A stretch of DNA of 64,000 bases, taken from positions 58,005 to 122,004 of the forward strand of contig CAMTVW010000010.1 of assembly GCA_947085315.1 (NCBI GenBank), given 5' to 3'. A program made the position numbers and the translations under genes. Origin of the DNA: an uncultured Sphingomonas sp. (GTDB lineage: Bacteria; Pseudomonadota; Alphaproteobacteria; Sphingomonadales; Sphingomonadaceae). Below, one piece after another: positions 60,930 through 64,000 of the stretch. Position 1 is the stretch's first letter. Every line of letters starts with the position of its first letter. The notes under the pieces are model-generated. The model was not told the DNA's origin. It saw nothing but the letters and a program-made list of their open reading frames with translations, and made no database searches.

Positions 60930-61021
60930 CGTCGCCCCGGCGGAGGCCGAGGCCGCCATCGTCTCTTGCCGTGGGGTTGCCGCAGGCGCCTTTGGCGGCC
61001 CCGGCCTCCGCCGGGGCGACG
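60930..61021. repeat. Family A element, solo copy
   Basis: Left arm has one substitution (GCCGAGGC), right arm perfect; 34-bp spacer begins tcgtctc like the GIY-YIG-flanking copies. Confidence 0.93.
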
Positions 61022-61027
61022 TGAAGG

Positions 61028-61324
61028 TCAGGCCGCAAGCCTGTTGGCAAATCCGAGCATCGCGCGCGCCTGGCGCTGTGCCTCGATTATCTCGCGCGCG
61101 GTCATGTCCTCGGCGATCTCGGCGCGGCACTCCATCGCCCGGGCATTGCCGCCCAGTGCCGCGATGTTGAACCATTTATGCGCCGCGACCAGATCGAGCG
61201 GGCAACCGTCGGCCCCCGCCGAGTAGGACACGCCCAGCTGGAAACAGGCGTCGATGTCCCCCCGCATCGCGTCGCGCAGGCGCGTCTCGGTGAGGAATTG
61301 TTGCGTCTTGAGACTGTGACCCAT
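61028..61324 (-). CDS. Small Sel1-like repeat protein
   Basis: FQLGVSYSAG, DLVAAHKWFNIAA and EIIEAQRQAR. Confidence 0.8.
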   Translation of the reverse strand: MGHSLKTQQFLTETRLRDAMRGDIDACFQLGVSYSAGADGCPLDLVAAHKWFNIAALGGNARAMECRAEIAEDMTAREIIEAQRQARAMLGFANRLAA

Positions 61325-61463
61325 GTCTCGCTCCACTGTTGCCCGGCCATGATTGGCCGGGGAGCGGGAGCGGTCTCTTGCTGGCCGACCGCTGCCGTCC
61401 CAACAAGGTTAACGGCGCGGTGGGGATAAGTTTAATGGGGGCTCTTCCCCTGGCTGCCCAAGG

Positions 61464-62306
61464 TCAGGAATCGACCGCCACATTGTCGATCAGCCGCGTC
61501 CGCCCGAGCTTCGCCGCCGCGAGCAAGCGGGCCGGGCCATCGAGCCTCTCGACCGGCTCGAGCGTCGCCGCGTCGACCAGCGCGACATAGTCGATCGGAT
61601 CGAACCCCGCTTTGGCGAGCCGTGCCACCGCCGCCGCAAGCACCGCCGCGACATCGCCGCCGCCCTCGATCGCCGACCTTGCCTCACCCAGGGCGCGGGG
61701 CAGTGCGAGCGCCGCGACCCGCTCTTCGGGGGTGAGATAGGCGTTGCGCGAGGACAGGGCGAGGCCGTCATCGTCACGCTGGGTGGGTACGCCGACAATC
61801 TCCAGATCGATATCAAGGTCCGCAGTGAAGCGGCGGATCACCGCCAGCTGCTGATAATCCTTCTCCCCGAAGAAGGCGATGTCCGGGCCGACCTGTGCGA
61901 ACAGCTTCGCGACCACCGTCGCGACCCCGGCGAAATGGCCCGGTCGCGCGGCGCCGTCCCAGCGCTCGCTGACCCCGCTCACCGAAACGCTGGTGGCGAA
62001 GCCCGGCGGATACATCGCCGCGACATCGGGCGCCCAGAGCAGCGCCGCGCCCGCCGCCTCGAGCAGCGCCACATCGGCCGCCTCGCGGCGCGGATAGGCG
62101 TCGAGATCCTCGTTCGGGCCGAACTGGGTGGGATTGACGAAGATCGACACGACGACCTGGCATCCGCGCGCGCGCGCCGCGTCGACCAGCGCGACATGGC
62201 CGCTGTGCAGCGCCCCCATCGTCGGCACCAGCGCGACCGGCGCGCCACTTATCCTCAGATTTGCGACCGCCTGACGGAGATCGGCTATGTTGCGGACGAT
62301 TTGCAC
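61464..62306 (-). CDS. panC: Pantoate-beta-alanine ligase
   Basis: VPTMGALHSGH, SIFVNPTQF, FGEKDYQQ, GLALSSRN and RLIDN motifs. Confidence 0.97.
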   Translation of the reverse strand: MQIVRNIADLRQAVANLRISGAPVALVPTMGALHSGHVALVDAARARGCQVVVSIFVNPTQFGPNEDLDAYPRREAADVALLEAAGAALLWAPDVAAMYPPGFATSVSVSGVSERWDGAARPGHFAGVATVVAKLFAQVGPDIAFFGEKDYQQLAVIRRFTADLDIDLEIVGVPTQRDDDGLALSSRNAYLTPEERVAALALPRALGEARSAIEGGGDVAAVLAAAVARLAKAGFDPIDYVALVDAATLEPVERLDGPARLLAAAKLGRTRLIDNVAVDS

Positions 62307-62386
62307 CGACTATAAGTCCTCTCTACTGGACGCTTTGAAACAGGCCGGCCGCCGGATCAAGCGCGGTGCGGCGAAGGGAAGATAGT

Positions 62387-63178
62387 TTGCCGCAGGCCCA
62401 TCTGATCACATTCGCCAATGAAAAGGGCGGCTCGGGGAAGTCGACCACCTCGGTCCATGTCGCGGTCGCGCTGGCGGCGGCGGGCCGGCGGGTCGCCGCG
62501 ATCGACCTCGATACGCGGCAGCGCACGCTAAGCCGCTATTTCGAAAACCGGCTCGCGACCGAGCGGCGCACCGGCCAGACGCTGCCGACCCCGACCTTCG
62601 AGACCTTCGACAGCGCACGCGGCCATGTGCTCGACGATCTGATCTCGGGCTTCTCCGCCGATCATGACGTGGTGGTGATCGACACGCCGGGCCGCGACGA
62701 CGAACATGCCCGCGCCGCGATCGTCCGCGCCGACACGCTGGTCACCCCGATCAACGACAGCTTCGTCGACCTCGACCTGATCGGCCAGGTCGATCCCGAG
62801 ACCTTCAAGATCCGCCGCCCCAGCTTCTATGCCGAACTGGTGTGGGAAGCGCGCAAGACGCGCGGGCGGATCGACGGCGGCACGGTCGACTGGGTGCTGT
62901 TGCGCAACCGGCTCCAGCATCTGGAGGCCCGCAACATGCGCCGCGTGGCGGAGGCGATGCAGGATCTGTCCAAGCGGGTCGGCTTTCGCGTCATCCCGGG
63001 CCTGTCCGAACGCGTCATCTACCGCGAGCTCTTTCCCAAGGGGCTCACCCTGCTCGACCTGCAGGCGATCGGTAGCGAGGCGGGAATCGGCCATATCGCC
63101 GCACGGCAGGAGCTGCGCGAAATGGTTGCCGGGCTCGCGCTGTCGCAATGGCCCCAGCATCAGGCCGCCACCGGGTGA
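62387..63178 (+). CDS. mipZ: Division plane positioning ATPase
   Basis: ANEKGGSGKSTT, TPINDSFVD, RPSFYAELVW and ERVIYRELFPKGLTLLD; TTG start approximate. Confidence 0.9.
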   Translation: MPQAHLITFANEKGGSGKSTTSVHVAVALAAAGRRVAAIDLDTRQRTLSRYFENRLATERRTGQTLPTPTFETFDSARGHVLDDLISGFSADHDVVVIDTPGRDDEHARAAIVRADTLVTPINDSFVDLDLIGQVDPETFKIRRPSFYAELVWEARKTRGRIDGGTVDWVLLRNRLQHLEARNMRRVAEAMQDLSKRVGFRVIPGLSERVIYRELFPKGLTLLDLQAIGSEAGIGHIAARQELREMVAGLALSQWPQHQAATG

Positions 63179-63561
63179 TCCTGCTCCTGCTGGCCGCCGC
63201 GGCCGCCTGGTGGTTCTGGGGACGCGGGCTTTCGCGGCCGCAGCTTGCGGCGGCCGGATCGGCGCTGCTCGGGCTGTTCCTGCTGACCAAGGGCGCCTGG
63301 CTGATCGCGGCACCGATGTTCCTGCCCGGTATCTGGCTGCTCGTCCAGGAAGGCCGCCGGGTCGGATCAACCCAGGCGATGGACCCCGAAGAGGCGCGGC
63401 GCGTGCTGGGGGTTGCGCCCGATACCGATGCCGAAGGCGTCCGCCAGGCGCATCGCCGGCTCGTCACCAAAGTCCATCCCGATCAGGGCGGATCGGCCGA
63501 GCTGGCCAGCAAGGTCAACGCCGCGCGCGACATATTGCTGGCGGAACTGGCAAAGCGCTAA
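63175..63561 (+). CDS. Membrane-anchored DnaJ-like J-domain protein
   Basis: Hydrophobic N terminus, EARRVLGV, HPDQGGS, VNAARDIL; GTGA overlap with mipZ. Confidence 0.85.
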   Translation: MILLLLAAAAAWWFWGRGLSRPQLAAAGSALLGLFLLTKGAWLIAAPMFLPGIWLLVQEGRRVGSTQAMDPEEARRVLGVAPDTDAEGVRQAHRRLVTKVHPDQGGSAELASKVNAARDILLAELAKR

Positions 63562-63577
63562 GGGGGTTCTGATCTCT

Positions 63578-63674
63578 CCCCTCTCCTTCTGGGGTGGGGT
63601 TGGGGGTGGGGCTTCTCCGCAAGCGCACCTATGGGGACAGGCCCCACCCCAACCCCTCCCCTGAAGGAGAGGGG
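63578..63674. repeat. Family D paired palindromic element
   Basis: cccctctccttctggggtggggttgggggtggggc ... gccccaccccaacccctcccctgaaggagagggg. Confidence 0.85.
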
Positions 63675-63715
63675 CTTTTTCCGGAGCACTCTGCTCCCGT
63701 CCACGGAGGCTTCCT

Positions 63716-64000
63716 TTGACCCATCGTTTCGACCCGACCTCGCTGCGCGAATATGACATTCGCGGGATCGTCGGGAAAACCCTCGGGCCGGCCGACGCCT
63801 ATGCGATCGGGCGCGGCTTCGCGACCCATCTGCGCCGCGATGGCGGCACGCGGGTCGCGGTGGGCTGGGACGGGCGGGTCTCGTCCGAATCGTTGCGCGA
63901 CGAGCTGGTCCGGGGGCTTACCGAGAGCGGGGTCGATGTCGTCCGCATTGGTCTGGGGCCCACCCCTATGCTCTATTTCGCCGAGGCGACGCTGGAGGTC
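63716..64000 (+). CDS. Phosphoglucomutase/phosphomannomutase (PgmG-like), 5' part, runs off the window
   Basis: Read from DNA: TTG start after [25 protein letters not shown]...VGWDGRVSS...[10 protein letters not shown]. Confidence 0.88.
   Translation, partial: MTHRFDPTSLREYDIRGIVGKTLGPADAYAIGRGFATHLRRDGGTRVAVGWDGRVSSESLRDELVRGLTESGVDVVRIGLGPTPMLYFAEATLEV

Noticed and set aside
61405-61440. CtrA box upstream of the Sel1-like gene (also TTAAC at about 34796 and 37013)
   Set aside because: Only half-sites are present, with no TTAA-N7-TTAA spacing, so too weak to call.

Overview
GC-rich alphaproteobacterial core-chromosome segment, most likely Sphingomonadaceae (inferred from mipZ, divK, DUF3572, ATP12, sspB-alpha and pgmG-like genes). 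It holds about 70 mostly housekeeping CDSs: gcvPA/PB, pgi, gor, hisBHAF, fumC, gmk, trpFBA-accD-folC, acnA and acnB, pyrC, an Mla/Pqi-type ABC system, pepN, hppA, thiL, hisG-hisD-nusB, dps, rpmG, panC and mipZ. I saw no rRNA, tRNA, CRISPR, integrase or IS transposase. The striking feature is about 20 intergenic 80-150 bp paired-palindrome (REPIN/BIME-like) elements in several families. The best candidate for an undescribed system is at 42322-42805: a 96-aa stand-alone GIY-YIG nuclease gene tightly sandwiched between two directly repeated 91-bp CGTC-tagged REPIN-like elements, with three solo copies of the same element elsewhere in the window. This mirrors the RAYT/REPIN arrangement but with a GIY-YIG nuclease instead of a HUH tyrosine transposase. 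Secondary observations are a shared TGTAGCR-N2-YGCTACA operator linking a TetR gene to a distant locus, a Fur-alpha-like box before a Cys-rich unknown gene, an inverted soluble chemoreceptor, a tail-to-tail acnA/acnB pair and a truncated ParE-like toxin. Products were assigned by motif recognition only; no database searches were run.
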